NCBI GenBank assembly: GCA_013265495.1
Contig: MU057744.1
Coordinates: 1,316,356 to 1,380,355, forward strand
Length of the DNA stretch: 64,000 bases
Source of the DNA: Vicugna vicugna
Lineage: Eukaryota
Direction: 5' to 3'
Shown here: positions 1 through 14,029 of the stretch, piece by piece
How the letters are laid out: each line of letters opens with the position of its first letter
Numbering within the stretch: position 1 is the stretch's first letter
Translations under genes and position numbers: made by a program
The notes under the pieces: generated by a model
Told to the model about the DNA's origin: nothing
The model's input: the letters and a program-made list of their open reading frames with translations, nothing else
The model's database searches: none

Positions 1-142
<142 letters not shown>

Positions 143-1219
143 TAGCGTGTGTTGCTCTGTCACTCTTTTAACTTTGTCAGTTTCCCCTTCCTGTGTCATC
201 TCAGACAGCGGTTTTCTGATTTTCTGTCTTGAAAACCCAGTGGTTTCTGATCGTCAGTTTTCTCACTTCATGATAGCCTTCCTATACCAACCAGACTTCA
301 GAGAGAGATGTGACTTCAGCCTGGCTGTTTCCAAGGTTTCTGGAATTGGTCACAAGAATTGGTTGAGTTTCCTCAGATGTCTGGATAGGCTAAGAACCAA
401 CTTTTCGTGCCTTTGAAGGATATACTTACCTGTTCCTAACAGAGACGAAGGAACTCAGTTCTTCCTTTTTGCAGGAAGAAGAGACCTTTTCAGGCTTATC
501 AGAGTAAGACAAAATTATAAAACGAGATTAAAGTATTGTGCCATCTTCTACATTTGTTTTTTAAAAGGTGAAAGTTAATTTTTGTGTCAGTCTTTTCAAA
601 AATTTTAGATGGATTCTGAAAACTTTAAAAATCTAACTTCATTTCTCTATCATTGAGTTTGCGATAAGTGATTTTTGAAGTTTTGGGGTATTTTTTAAAA
701 GAAACTTCCTAGTGCTTTAAGAGATAGGGCTGTCATTTATTCATTATAATTTATTCTAACTTACACATTATTCAACAAATGTGCTAAGTTAGAAGTCTTG
801 TGGTAAGCAGTGAATTCCATTAACCCATCCTTCATTTGTGTCTCAACTCCTTACTAAAAAGCCTCATTACTCCTCTGGGAGTAAATATTTTGAGAATTTG
901 AGGTGCAGAGAAGGTAAATGACTTGTTGAAAGTCAGTCAGAATCAGGGGGAGCCAGTGAAATGACTTTAGTGGTTTCATTTTGCTGCTTAGCTATGACCT
1001 TTTGAGTTACCCATTTCTGGCCCACGCGTGTGGTCTCTTGTGAGACAGGAGTTATGCCAAGTCTTTTGGGCTTTAAGAATAAGATTAAAATCCTGCCTTT
1101 GTTATACTACTGGTATTTGTTAATTATTTCCCTACAGAAGAAGGAAGGAATATCTGGGAGCCGTTGGAAGGGAATCTGTGCTGACGTGTCATCTTTCTGT
1201 GATTTTCTTGCCCTTCTGA

Positions 1220-1426
<207 letters not shown>

Positions 1427-1528
1427 TGATCTGGCCCCATTGTGTTACACAGGCTTAAAGCAGTGCAAGAGAACTGAGTCCTGAACAGATCTGTACATCA
1501 TGTGTATGTGTATACGTGTGCGCACACA

Positions 1529-1953
1529 CGTGCATGCCTCAGAGAGATTGCGGGTTGGGTTCCAGGCCACCATAATAAAGCAAATACTGCAATGAAGTGA
1601 ATGTTTACGCTATGCTGTAGTCTGTTAAGTGTGTAATAGCACTGTCTAGGAAGACGACATATCTTAATTAAGAATACTTTATTGCTAAAAAATGTTAACC
1701 ACCATCTGAGCCTTCAGTGAGTGATAGCAGCAGCATCGAAGATCACTGATCACAGATCCCCATGAGAAGTAGAAAAATAGTGGACAATTCTGCATTATTG
1801 AAAAAATTACCAGAATGAGACACAGAGACATGAAGTGAGCAAATGCCATTGGAAAAATGGTGTCAATAGAGTTGCTCAACACAGGGTTGCCCCAGACCTT
1901 AGATTTGTAAAAAATCCAGTATCTGTGAAGTGCAGTGAAGTGAGGGGTTTCTG
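1529..1953 (-). mobile_element. Internally deleted Tigger1-derived element (Tigger1a-like, TcMar-Tigger)
   Basis: Both Tigger1 ends are recognisable and joined directly; degenerate TIRs cgtgcatgcctc / gaggggtttctg, followed by TA. Confidence 0.8.
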
Positions 1954-2009
1954 TAGATCTGTGTGTGTGTCCACACAAGTGCATATACATACATGAGCAC
2001 ACATACTTA

Positions 2010-3130
2010 CATCTATATACATGAAAATTTGATTATATAATAAAGACTTTGTATCAGTTGAGAAAGGAGTTGTTCAATAAATGCGGTTGGAATTACTGTC
2101 TATGCAGCTGGAAGAAAATAAAATTAGAGCCCCATTTCCAACCATATACTAAAATGAAATACACATCAATTAAAGATCTAAATGTGAAAAAAAAATAAAG
2201 AATATATGGGAAAATATTCATGTAAACTTGGAAAGCCAGAAAGAAAACTGGTAGACCTGTTTACATAAAAGTGTAAAGGTTTGCATGGCGAAAGATAGGG
2301 TCCTGTTTGCAGCATGAGCAATAGCAGTGGGTTAGTATCCCTGGTCTGCAAAGAGTTTCTATAAATCAGAAAGTAAAGCGCCCCAGACAGTTCAGTAGAA
2401 GAAGGAATAAAGGAAATGAATAAACAATTTATACAAAAAGAAATACATGGGCAATAAACCTATGAGAAGATACTACACTTAGTAATGATTAAAGAAATAG
2501 AAAAATGAAGCAATAACATGATAATAGTTTCTTTTGTGAAATAGAGGGAAAAAGGAAAAGATTGATAAATGGCAGCTCTCATATTGTCTCGGAATCAGAG
2601 GGGCAGTGGGAAGCTTCAGATGTAATGATCGTTTAACCTGGGTGATGGGTGTGCAGGGATTATTGTTTTATACCTCACATGACGTTCATAAATACTTTTA
2701 TGTCAGTTCAGGATTTAATTTAAGACAGTGTTAAAAAAGAATCCATGCCCTGTAATTCAGCCCCTTCCTGGGAGTCTTATGCTAGGTTGAGTGCATAAGG
2801 GCATGTGTTCACATGCACTGTAGTGCTGCAGTAGCAAAACACTGAGAAGGCGCTCCGTGTCCATTAGTAGGGGAATGCTTAACTGTGGCTACATGCCAGG
2901 TAGACTACTGTGTAGCAGAAACAATGAGGTGATGAAAGCATGTCTAAAATACATTGAAAAGTTAAAAAATGTGGCAGGATCCTGGTTTTATTTAATATAA
3001 AAGGATTTAAACGGATACATGTGTGTTTGTACAAACAGGAAAAAATCTGGTAGCTGTTAACTGAAGGGCAGAGTTGAATTGACTTCTTTTTTTAATATAT
3101 TTGACAAGTGGTAGGGTTATATGTTCTTTT
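2010..3130 (+). mobile_element. Old L1 (L1M-type) ORF2/3' relic
   Basis: A-rich sequence with degenerate L1 phrases (ttgttcaataaatgcggttgg, accatatactaaaat, taaagatctaaatgtg). Confidence 0.6.
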
Positions 3131-3999
3131 TCTTTCTTTTCTCTTTTTTGTATTTTTAAAGTAAAACCTTTTTTTACCTAAAGTATTATTGTTTTGTACA
3201 AAAGACATTTTCATCGTGAGGAAAGCTCACATAATCCAGAAGAGTGCAAAAGAGAGAGAATATTGATAATGAACATGTACTGAGCTTTCACTTGTCCCAG
3301 GTAAAATCAGCTTTTCCTCCCAGCATGTAAGTGCTAGTTGTGTATTATTATTTTTGTCTTTTTTTACGTGAGGAAACCAGAACGCAAGGACTTTACCTGA
3401 CTGTTGTCACGAGGGTAGCGAGCAGTCGTGCGAGGATTCGGACCTAGGAGACGTGGGTCTGTGCTAAATGGCTGCATGAAAGAGTCCAGGGTAAGGCTGT
3501 CAGGGAAGAGATGGCTATTTCAGAAAAGGTGGTCTTGAGAAACCCCTCTTAGGAGGAAATTTGAAAACCTGAATAAAATGAGAAAGCCATGTGGACATTT
3601 AGGGAAAGAGAAGGTTCTAGAAAGTAGAACACTCTGTATGCACCACTCTTCTGTGACTCCTCCGACTCGACAAAGGCTTGGCATCTTCTCGTCTTAGTAA
3701 ATACGGATTGCGATTCCATCTTCCATGGTTGCATTGTTCTCCAGTGTGTATCTTTTACTTAGCTATTGCATAAGTCGCAGTTGTTTCTAAGTTTTTAGCA
3801 GCATGGCCAGTGGTGACGGGCACCCTAATCCCACAGCCACTCCCCCCTGTAGAGCAATTGTCTCAGGTCGTAGAAGGGGTCAGTAGGACAAAGGGTGTGC
3901 GCGTTTAACATTTTGATACACGTTGTTAAATTGTCCTCCTGAAAAGTTGTCTGGTCATCTTCTGTTGCTGGTTTAGTGTGGTGAGACCTTTTGACATTA

Positions 4000-5310
4000 T
4001 TTTTACTGAAGGTATATATGCAGTTAGAGACAAATAATTCTTTTTATGAAAAACAGAAGCCATAAACCCTCCAGATCCTCAGAGGTAACCACTTACAGTT
4101 TAGCTAAATCTTGTATCACTTTACTTCCTTATCTTCAAATTCTGGTTTTAGTTATTATTTACTGCCTTTCCGTGGTGGTTAAGGATTTGACTTTTTCACC
4201 ATTCTCTACCCCAACTCCACACATCTTTGCTTTTACCCCTCGTCCTTCCAATATGGTTAATTTTAGTTGTAACTATTTTGGCACTTAGATTTATAATAAG
4301 CAGTGTAAAATCTGAGCCATGTGTAGTATGCCATGATTCCTTTTCCTTTTCTGCACCCTATTTTTTCTCCATGAAGTTAATACGTACCTTTTTGTTTGTT
4401 TTTGTTTCTTATATATTTTCAGACTGTCCCCTACTTGTGTAAATTTCCAGTATCCAGTGTATCCAAACACATTAAGTAGACCGTCTTTTTAATTTCTTGG
4501 AGACTTCTCTCCAGGTCTTCTGATACAATCTGGAAAGGTGCTCCGCAGGCCGCCTGCACAGCTGTCACTGAGACGTCCCTCCCCATCATCTGGGCAGTTC
4601 TTCTCACCCCCCTCACAGGTGTTCAGATCTCTTGGTTTCACCTCTCATTTGGGAAAGTGCGTTCTCTGGTAGCTTCTTGTGAAAGAAAACATGGCAGTAA
4701 ATATTTTGAAACCTTACATGTCTGAAAATAGCTTTATTCTTTTACACTTAATTGACAATTGTGCGGGTGTTGGAGTACAGGCTTGAAATTGTTTTCTCTG
4801 TGTCCTGAATGCACTGATCCATGATCTTGTAGTTCCCATTGGTATCGATGAGAAGTCCAGTGCTGTTCTAACCCTTGATTCTTTGTCGGAAACCTATTTA
4901 TTGTTCCATTTTCTGGGTGCTTCTTGGATCTTCTACATCCGCGGTGTTTTGAAATCTCATGGTGGTGAACCATGTGTTTACGCTGGGTGCTCAGCAGGCC
5001 CTATCTGTCAGGAAGCTTATGGCCACAGTTGCAGGAAGCTTCCTTGAATTTTTTATCCTCTCTCGGCATGTGCATTACTCAGACACTAGGTGTTTTGGAA
5101 AGATGGCCTAATTTTCTTATCTTTTCAGCTTTTCAGAGCTTTTCAGCTTTTCAGCTCTGACATTCTGCTCTGTTCTATGTGAGATTTCTACGTCGATACT
5201 TATCTTCCATTGAGTTTTATGTCTTCCTTTATCAGGAGCTCTTTTTTGTTATCTAAATGTTCTTTTTCAAATTTTTATAGCAACCTGTTATCGTTAAGTG
5301 GAGGCAGATA
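4000..5310 (-). mobile_element. Old L1-like relic, antisense
   Basis: T-rich, with gatgagaagtccagtgc and tttacacttaattgac-type degenerate L1M sequence. Confidence 0.45.
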
Positions 5311-5317
5311 TCTTCTC

Positions 5318-6850
5318 TAATTCATTCAAATACATTTTGAGCGCCTAGTGTGTGCCAGGCCCCGAGGAGTCAGCAGGGAACAAAACCTGATCCCTGCCTT
5401 TGTGCAGTTGATGTCCTTAGGGAGCAAAGGAAGTAAGAAATGAAGACACACACACACAGACACACCCACTCAGACGGTGTTGAGTACAGAGAAGGGTTGT
5501 GGGGAGGGGGAGGGGGATGTGAGTACCAGGGTGAGGGTGAGTGCTGTGTTATGGAGGATGGTTTCGGACGGCCTTGTGGATCATGTGACATTTTAGCAGA
5601 AACCTGACTGGGGTGAGGGAGTGAACTGTGTGAAAATGTAGGGAAGAGTGTTTTGGGCAGGGGGGGGCCTTGAGATGGACACACGCTTGTCATGTTTGGA
5701 AGCCAGCGGGGAGGCCAGTGCAGTACAGCTGGGGCAGAGGGGAGAGGAGGAGATTGGGAGGTCAGAGGTTAGAAAGGTAGCAGGTCATGTCACGCTGGGC
5801 CTGGGAGACCGCTTTGTTAACACTTCGGCTTTTCCTGTGAGTGAGCTAGGAAGCCACTGAAGGGTTTCGAGCAGAGAAGTGAACATGGTTCAATTTATGT
5901 TTTAAAACTACTCTGGTTCTTTGTGGAGAATGGTCTGTGGGGAACAGGCAGAACCTTTGGAGGTTGTTGCTGTGGTCCAGATGACAGATGACGGTGGCTA
6001 GGACAAAGGCAGGAGCAGTAGATGTGAGAAGTCGTGTGTTTCTAGATACGTATTTAAGGTAGAGCCAGTGGGACCTGCCTTCACACTGATCATGAGAAAG
6101 AGGAGTCAGGGATGGTTTTCGGGTTTTGGGGCCTGGGCAGTTGAGCTAGGGAGGACTGTAGCAGTCAGTTTGGATGGGGTGAGGAGAAGTTTGGGTTTGC
6201 ATTTACCAGTGGCATGTTGAGTGTACGGTGGTGGAGGTGAGCCTGGCTTTCATGGACAAAGTCTGGCTTGAAGATGAGATGCCCTTACTTGGGGATTGTT
6301 TGTTCGTAGATGGTATTTAAAGCAGTGAGACTGAGTTCACCAAAGGAATAACTGTAGAGAAGTCTTGGAGGTCTTGGAGCCATAGTGCTTAATGGTTGGG
6401 AGGAAGAGGAGACTCCGTGAGACGGACTGGGGAAGCGACAGCCTGTTTGGTGGGAAAGGCACCAGAAGGAAGGGTTCACCTGGAAGCCAAGGGGAGAACA
6501 AGCTTCATGAGGGCATGACAGGCTCTTCTAGATCAGGAAGAGGAAACCAGGAATTTACCTTTGGATTTAGAAATGGGGTAGTTTATGATCTCGCTGTGCT
6601 GTCTCCAGGGAGACGAAGGCTTAATTGAAGTGGGTTCAAGAGAGAATAGGAGAATTGGAGGTAGCAGGTATATACCGTTTTGGGGGAGTTTTATCATAAA
6701 GGGGAACAGAAATAGAGCAGAAACCAGAGATAGATATGAGGTAATTAAAGGGTGTTTGTGTGTGTGTGTAGATGGTGTGACAACCAGTTTTTATAAGCTG
6801 ATGAGAATGATTGATCTGGCAGAGGGGAGGAACTGATGCATGCACAAGAG
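5318..6850 (-). mobile_element. L2 LINE fragment
   Basis: Begins with the reversed L2 3' end (ttcattcaaatacattttgagcgcctagtgtgtgccaggc), then a purine-rich L2 body. Confidence 0.75.
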
Positions 6851-7399
6851 AAAGGGGTCACTTGCTCAGTCCGTGACCTTGTGAGTTGACAGGGCTGGTG
6901 ATCATTGTGCAAGTGGAGGGGAGGCTGTGCGCTCACAGGCTGCGGAGAAGGCTGAGCGTGAGTGCAGACCTGCAGGCGCTCCTAGAGGTCAGTGCACAGG
7001 GCGTCTGTGACCACTGCCATTCTCTCAGGGAAGTAGGAGGCGGGGTCAGCTCTGAGAACGAGAACCGAATGTTGTGTGTCCACAGGGAAGGGCAGTCACT
7101 GCCGGTGCTTTTAAAAAACGTGCACCCCTGGGCTCCACCCCTTGTTTCTGACTCATTTGGTCATTTGGTCTGGCTGAGTCCTCATAGCATCCACATCGGG
7201 GTAGCTGCCATCCCACTTGACAGAAAGGCAGGCCAAATGGCCAGAACGTGATGGAGCCAAGTTTTGATCCCTGGTCTGCCTCCTTTGAAGACTGATGCAT
7301 GTTTCTAAATCCTTTGTTATCTCCACTGCATAGTGCTTGATTTCGTCTGAGAACAAACTTTTCCAATTTAGATTTGAATGTGACCACAAATAAAAAGCA

Positions 7400-8050
7400 A
7401 ATGTAGGGGAAATTTTTTTAACTTGTTAGTTATGAAAGAATGCATATTAGAGCAATATTAAGGTACTGTTTTGTCCTTACAAAGTTGGTAAAAGTAAACT
7501 TAAAAATGATCACAATCTGTGCTGGTACAGCAGTGGTGACCAGAAAGCCGCATTCACTGTGAGTGTAGTGTCAACCGAGACAGGCCTTTTGAAAGACACG
7601 ATAATACGTGTCAAGAGAGGCGTAAAAGTGTTCATACCATTTGAGCTAATGATCTCACTTCTGGGAAATTATCCCAAGAAAAGCATTCAGCAGCATAAGA
7701 ATACTTCCTATATATGCGAAGACTTTTTGCCAGCTTTTTATTGAAGATACAATAACCTAAATGCCTGGACAGAAATTGATAACTTAAGTTACATCATTCT
7801 ACTGAAAAATCCGGAGTTTTTTGGTATTAGCTTTGAAGATTCTGGAGCAGCATGACAGTGCTTACAAGATTGAATAAAAAAAAACAACAGTTACATAGAC
7901 ATTGTATGTGTATGTGTATAGCTGTGTAAAACTACATTTGATAAAGATTGGAGGGAAACGCTGTGAGCAGAATAATTGTTAGAGTAAGGTGGTGAATTAA
8001 AGATGCCTTTTCAAAAGCTGCTTTTCCTAGTTAAAACTACTTTTTCTATA
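7400..8050 (+). mobile_element. Old L1ME-like 3' relic
   Basis: Degenerate L1 ORF2 C-terminal DNA (atctcacttctgggaaattatcccaagaa; aataacctaaatgcc). Confidence 0.5.
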
Positions 8051-10847
8051 TGATTATGGACTTATATATGCTCATTGAAGAATTGTGGTTAAGTGTTGAA
8101 AATTATAAAGAGCAAAGCGAAAAGTCAAACACTTGAAAAGTTCAGAAACCAGTAATACAGATATTTTGATGCAAAGGCACTTCTGTCAGTTGAGTTCTTA
8201 ACACTGTTGGGTGTAACAGTTAAGAACCAAGCTTCACCGTGCTTGGATGACACCGTTGGTTATAAGGAGAAAGCAGCTCTCTTAAGTGGAAAACCGTTAT
8301 TGCAGCCAAACAAAGCAGAGGAACTCAGACGTGCTTTCGTTCCAGTACACGATGGCTGTCTTAGCTGTTTGTTTGTGATCTGCATTGCGATGAAAACCAG
8401 AGTCGAGGCAGCATCAAGGCCAGCTATGACGGAGAGGACTGGCTCAGAGATTTCTGGGTTAGAAGGCAAATGAGGAAGCCTTTCTGTGTTGTTTGTTGTT
8501 AGTAGTTTTGATCAACTGAAATTTTTAACCCTAAAATAACAAAATATACATGTTTTTGTAATATGTGTAAGATTATATAAAATATGATAAAGAACATTTT
8601 ATTATTGAAATTTCTATGTGAAAAATAACTTACCACTACTCACTTTCTAGATTTACTTCTCCTTTCTAGTTGATGTCATCATTTTATATGACAGGTTTTG
8701 GTAAGTAAGGTTTCTTAGAAGCACGGCATCACATAATAGCACGGACTGTATTATTTCTGTTTGCACATCTGTAAACTGTATAAAAGAAGAATCAACATCA
8801 TCCTGTAAAAGATTCATTATATTCAGCACAGTTTCCTATGTTAAAAAGACTTGAAAATAATTTTCTAATTTATGGCGAAATAATGTCCCATTAAGGATAT
8901 TGTTTAAAACTTAATCCTAACCTAGAAAATAATGAGGAATTGGTATCTTGGAGTCATTTATGAACATGAAACGACTTTCAGTCAAGTTTTATAGTTTTCC
9001 TGAAGTAGGGAGTCTCAAGAGCATTCCTGGGTATTTTGTGTTGTTTTGTTGTGATTTTGGCTTATTTTTCTTCTCGTGAGCATTTTTCCTTTGGTAGTGA
9101 CTTTGTAGATTTTTATGTCATAACTGAACTCTGTTTAATTTAGTTAAATTGATACTGTTTTTCAGTTGAGTATTTTATGCCTTCCAGTTGGGTATGCACC
9201 ACAGTATTATAAATACATAGTTCTAGGAAACCAGCGGCAGTGTTGGTTAGTTTTCCCTTTGTTTTCACCCTGCTGAAGGCAGGTGACCGAAGCCTAGGAG
9301 TTGACTGTCAGGTTACCTGCTTTGGCCCTCTCTGGGCTTTGTTAAAACCTGACATATACTCCTGCAGTTTCAGGGGCCTTAGAGAGGTCACCCTCTCTGG
9401 CTAAGTGACATGATTGAGTGTTTCTCTCCTTGGGCCTTTCCTTGTAGGATGGATTGTGTTCTAAATTCTCTGTTTGTGAGGCAGTTTCTCCAGATTACCT
9501 TCAGAGGTGGGAGTTTGTGGAAGGGGTGAGGAGCGCAAGGCCTCCCAGCCACGCTTGGTCTCAAGACCACGCCTGGATGTTCGGTCGTCTCGCAGGATTA
9601 ATGGCACAGCATGCAGTTGGCACACCTCCCACCCTGAGTCCCAGCTCCCCGACACACGCCTGGCACCCCTCTTTGTGAGGGAGAAGGTTTGAGTGGGTTC
9701 ATTTGCTGCAATCAGGACACAGTGTTGCTTCATCCAGGCCTTTTGGCTTTGTGGAGTAGGATTTTCCCACAGACAGCCCCTCTCTCTCTGGTTCCTAGAG
9801 AAAAGCCAGGAGCAGGTGACATTTAAAACAACTTGATTTCTTTAAAAGTTCAAAAGTTTTCAGTGGTGATGCCTGCAGTTTCTAGATTGCAACCTGAGAC
9901 CCCTTTTTCCACACCAGGTTTCCTCTCCGTGTCTTAAATCCTGTCCATTTCCTGCTTAATCCCGGGCTCCTGGCATCTGCATTCTGCGTGGAGGATGAAT
10001 TCTGCCAGGGCTTGGGGGCTGAGTGAGCAGGGAGGCATCCCTGGTTGTCTGCATCTCCCGCAGCCCTGGCCCAGTGCTCTGCCCTCTTCTTCCACCACGG
10101 GCAGGCTCTCCTCCCCGCTTCGCTTCTGCCCACGTGGCTGCTGCTTCTGCCCAGGCTCTAGGTGTCCTGACCCTTGCCTTCAGCTGCGCTTGTCCACATA
10201 CTTAACCACAGTAGAGAATTCGCTCAAATGATGTCTGAACCAAGTCCACGCCCTCAGTGATTCTGAAAACCAGGGTGTCTCTTGTCATGTGTTTTTCCCT
10301 TGGAAACTCCCCTTCTTCAGCTTTTTCTCTCTGACCTGTCAGTGCCCTCTGATGGCAGCACAGACGTCCCTTTGCGTCACTTGCGTTTTGCACTCTGTGG
10401 CAGCAGGGACGGCCTCCTGCTGTGCTCTGTGGTCCATGCTGAGCTGTTCAGTCAGGTTTGAAACCTTTAACCTGCCTCTGGAGTTGGTCCCATTCCTCCT
10501 CTGCTCCTTGTCAGGCTGCATTTCCAGAGAACCCAGGTGTCTCCCCTTCCTTTTTTCTCTTCCTTTTTCTTTCTCACAGTATGTGCCTTGATGACTAAAT
10601 CAAAAATTGTTTTAAGTTTATCTCATTTCTCCCTAAGTGTCTGATAATTCAGCAGAGCCCAAGCAGTGGATCTCTCAGCTGAAGCCTTCTACCTCCTGAT
10701 GGCTGTCTAGCTTTTCTACAGCGAAGAGTAAACCTGGTAAATCAAAAAGTCATACAGGATGTTTATTCCTTCTTTCTCGACCCTTAGATTTGTGGTGCTG
10801 TCACTGAGGTTTCTTCTGACACAGCCTGAGAAGGCGCCATCTCCCAG

Positions 10848-11005
10848 CCGGTATTCCTCGCCTGGCTGTGAGCTGCAGTCACTGGGGGGCTCTTTGAAAG
10901 TACTGATGCTTAGGCCTCATCCCAGGGTTCTGATTTAACAGGCTTCAGGTGGGGTTCAGGTACTGGAAACGAAAATCCCTCCAGGTTAGAGTGGAGAGCC
11001 TTCTG
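10848..11005. mobile_element. MER5-like hAT-Charlie element
   Basis: tactgatgcttaggcctcatcccagggttctgatttaacagg resembles the MER5 core. Confidence 0.55.
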
Positions 11006-12404
11006 GATCTGTGAAGTCCTCAGGCACTGAGGCCAACAGCATGTTTATCTTACAATCCTGGCTGAGGAACAGGACAGGCGAGCCTTGGGGAATCTGACAC
11101 GATGTGCTCCTGGCAAAGACCTGCACACTGAGACTCCGTGCGTTCTGAGATTCACTTGCTTATTCAACGTGCAGAAGTAGAGTGTCTGTTAATGTGGCAG
11201 GCACTGGACCCGGTGCTGGGAGGACAGTTTGACAAGGCTTCATCTTTACAGAGCTGCTGGTTGATGATTCTGTTCTAGCTTGGAAATGAACTCCTGTCCG
11301 TGAGGGTGCTCTTGCTGGTTCTGCTTGCAGCGCTGTCCTCTGGTACACAGCTGCCCCCCAACCCCCACTTCCCGTGCCTAACACGCTTAGCCTGCCAGAC
11401 TCAGCCGTGTGTCATTCATGGCTCAGAGAGAGAAATGACCAGGGCCTAGCAACCCAGCTCGGTTACTAAGGGATGCTGACAGCACGGGGACCCCAAACCC
11501 TCACTCCTTGTCTCCTAGCCTCGCTGGGCCATGAACCTAGAACCTGCAAATTCCCTTTGGCCCTCTGGTGAAGGGGGACCCAAAGTCCAAGACTGAAGGC
11601 GGATCTGGGCGACCTGCTCCTGACCACGTACTTCTGGGCCCACAGCTTGGTCTTCACTTTGTCGCTCTAACTGAAGGAGGAGTAAGAAGTTGCTGAGGAC
11701 AGTCAGCCAAGGCGGAGGAGGGCCTGCCGTCTTCCCTTCAGCCTGGAGCCATGGGGCTGCAGAGCCCACTGTGTGGGGTCCTTTCCCTTGGCCCCTTGAT
11801 CTGCCAAGTCACGGGGGATGCCCCCAGCAGGAGGTGAAATCTGACCCCACAAGCTGCAGGGAGAGATTAGTGACCAAGGAGAGCAGTAGAAATGAATGCC
11901 AAAGCAGGTAAGTGATCAAAAGCCCAGCTCTGAGAGGGAGTTCTTTTTCTGATTCCCCGAGCATGTCTTTCCCTGGAGGATGGGGCCTCACTGAGTGTCC
12001 TCACCCCTCTTCTCCGGGTGGCCTGGAGCGCTCTCCCTGGAGGTCAGGATGCGTGTGATCAGGAGCTGACTCTTTACCACACTTTGCCCTCGCATCCAGT
12101 CAGGGGTCTCCTCCCTCAGAGTAGTCAGCTTGGAACACTCAACACTTCATTCAGTGCTGTTGGCCGTTTTTCAAGAACATTTTGCACATTTATTCAGAAC
12201 TGTGTGGGACTTATTTTTTTGGAATCACCATACTGATAGCAAGTATTCATTTTTCCTTCAGAGCTGATTTGTTTTTTTAATAGAACCAGAAATCATTCAG
12301 AATGTCGTTTGTTGAATAAGCCTTGCGTTGAGGTGGTATATTTGATCTGAAAGCAGTTTCCATGACAGAGTTCAGAAACACCTGGAGTTAGAGCCTCATC
12401 CTTT

Positions 12405-12900
12405 CCTTCATTCAGTGGTAGTGTTGAGCACACCCTCTGTGGGCTCTGCTCTAGGCACTGGGGTACAGCAAGACTGGTTCTAGCTCAGGTTGGCTAATAG
12501 CAGATAATAAGCAAATAATCAAAGAATAGACAAGTTGACAAATACATTTAATTTCTAGAAGGAGAGATGCTGTGAAGAAGAACGGAGGAGGCAGGAAGCG
12601 TGGTGGTGGGGCTGGTTTAGAGGCGGTGACTGAGGAATGCGTCTCTGGGCAGAGACCAGAGTGATGGGAGCACAGAGCCATGGCCAGTGTGCTCTGGGCA
12701 ATGGCAGCAGCACGTAGGAAGGCTCTGCGGGAAGACAGGCTTGGTGGGTTTCAGGAAGCTCCAAGGAGCAGTGTGGGGAGGGTGGAGTGGACGAGGGGCC
12801 AACGACAGGAAACAAAACTGGAGATGGAGGCCCTGACTTGAGGGTGATGGGAAGTGACGGGGGTAGAGCTCTGCTGGGGTCAGTGCTTGGCTTTCTAGGG
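12405..12900 (-). mobile_element. L2 fragment
   Basis: Reversed L2 tail: ttcattcagtggtagtgttgagcac...ctaggcactgggg. Confidence 0.6.
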
Positions 12901-13433
12901 TCACTGTTTTGACAAGAAACATTACCTTGTATTTATGACCTAAGGTACACGTTCGTGAGCTAACGTTATGGTGGGTGAGGGTGGGGAATGAATACGTGTC
13001 CTTGAATCTGTGTAGGGTTGAATCTGCAGGAGGATCCAGGAGAGCAGTGGCAGCTGTGCTGGTGATGGGCCAGGACACTGCCGGCGGGCCCAGGGACAAG
13101 GGGCACTTGCTGTTTAATTTATTCTTCAGTAGTAGTTGAATTTTTATCATCTATGTGTTTAAGAAGCCTACTTAACTGACATACCATACGTGTATGTAAG
13201 GTTTGACTTTTACAGGAGTGTAACTGTTGTGCTGATGAAAACACAAAGGGACTTCAAACCAATTCCTCCTCTGAGATAATTCGACAGATATTTAGAGCCT
13301 GCTTGACATTTGGATTTCTGTGAAATCCAAGCATTGATACTTAAGTGCTTTCGACAAGTGCAGTGTCCTTTTGTTTGCATAGATAACATTTCATTTTTCT
13401 ATTTCAAATTACATTTTTTGCTTCTTTCCCCAG

Positions 13434-13613
13434 GCAACAGAAACAGACAATAAAATCAGGGTGTGCACCCGGGCCTACCATCTACTCGTGCAGAAACTGG
13501 GCTTCAATCCAAATGATATCATCTTCGACCCTAACATCCTCACCATCGGTACTGGAATGGAAGAACACAACTTGTACGCTGTTAATTTTATCTATGCAAC
13601 GAAAGTCATTAAA
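13434..13613 (+). CDS. MTR: MTR exon 16: [15 protein letters not shown]...[13 protein letters not shown]...ATKVIK
   Basis: Acceptor ttccccag, donor AAA|GTAAGT, 180 nt. Confidence 0.98.
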
Positions 13614-14029
13614 GTAAGTATGAGTGTTTTCTCTCTCTACCCAGAACGTTGCTCAGATGTATCACGTGGCTCCCGTGGGTAGCTTGAGCTAGCAGAGGTA
13701 TTTATTGGCAGGGAATGTTGACATTCTTATTCTTAGGTAGTAAATCGGTTTTCTGAAATCTAGGGGCCTTTATTATTTTTCTTTCTTGTGTTATTTTATA
13801 TTGTGAAGTACAGCACACACACTGGGGAATATATAAAAAACACACAGAGAGCATACCAGTCATGAGGTCTATGACGACTTTCACTTAGGTCCTGAAATAC
13901 AGGACGCGGGTCGTGCCCCCATCTCCCCCTTTCTGATGGTGTCCGCCTGCTGAGTTTTACGAAGAACCATCATCCTGAGTTTTAGGATAGTGCTTTGTTG
14001 CTTTTCTTGACAGGTTTATCACTTCTGTA

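Noticed and set aside
12617..13150. 177-aa minus-strand ORF
   Set aside because: It overlaps a decayed L2 and is low-complexity (Pro/Ser/Leu), with no intact RT motifs.
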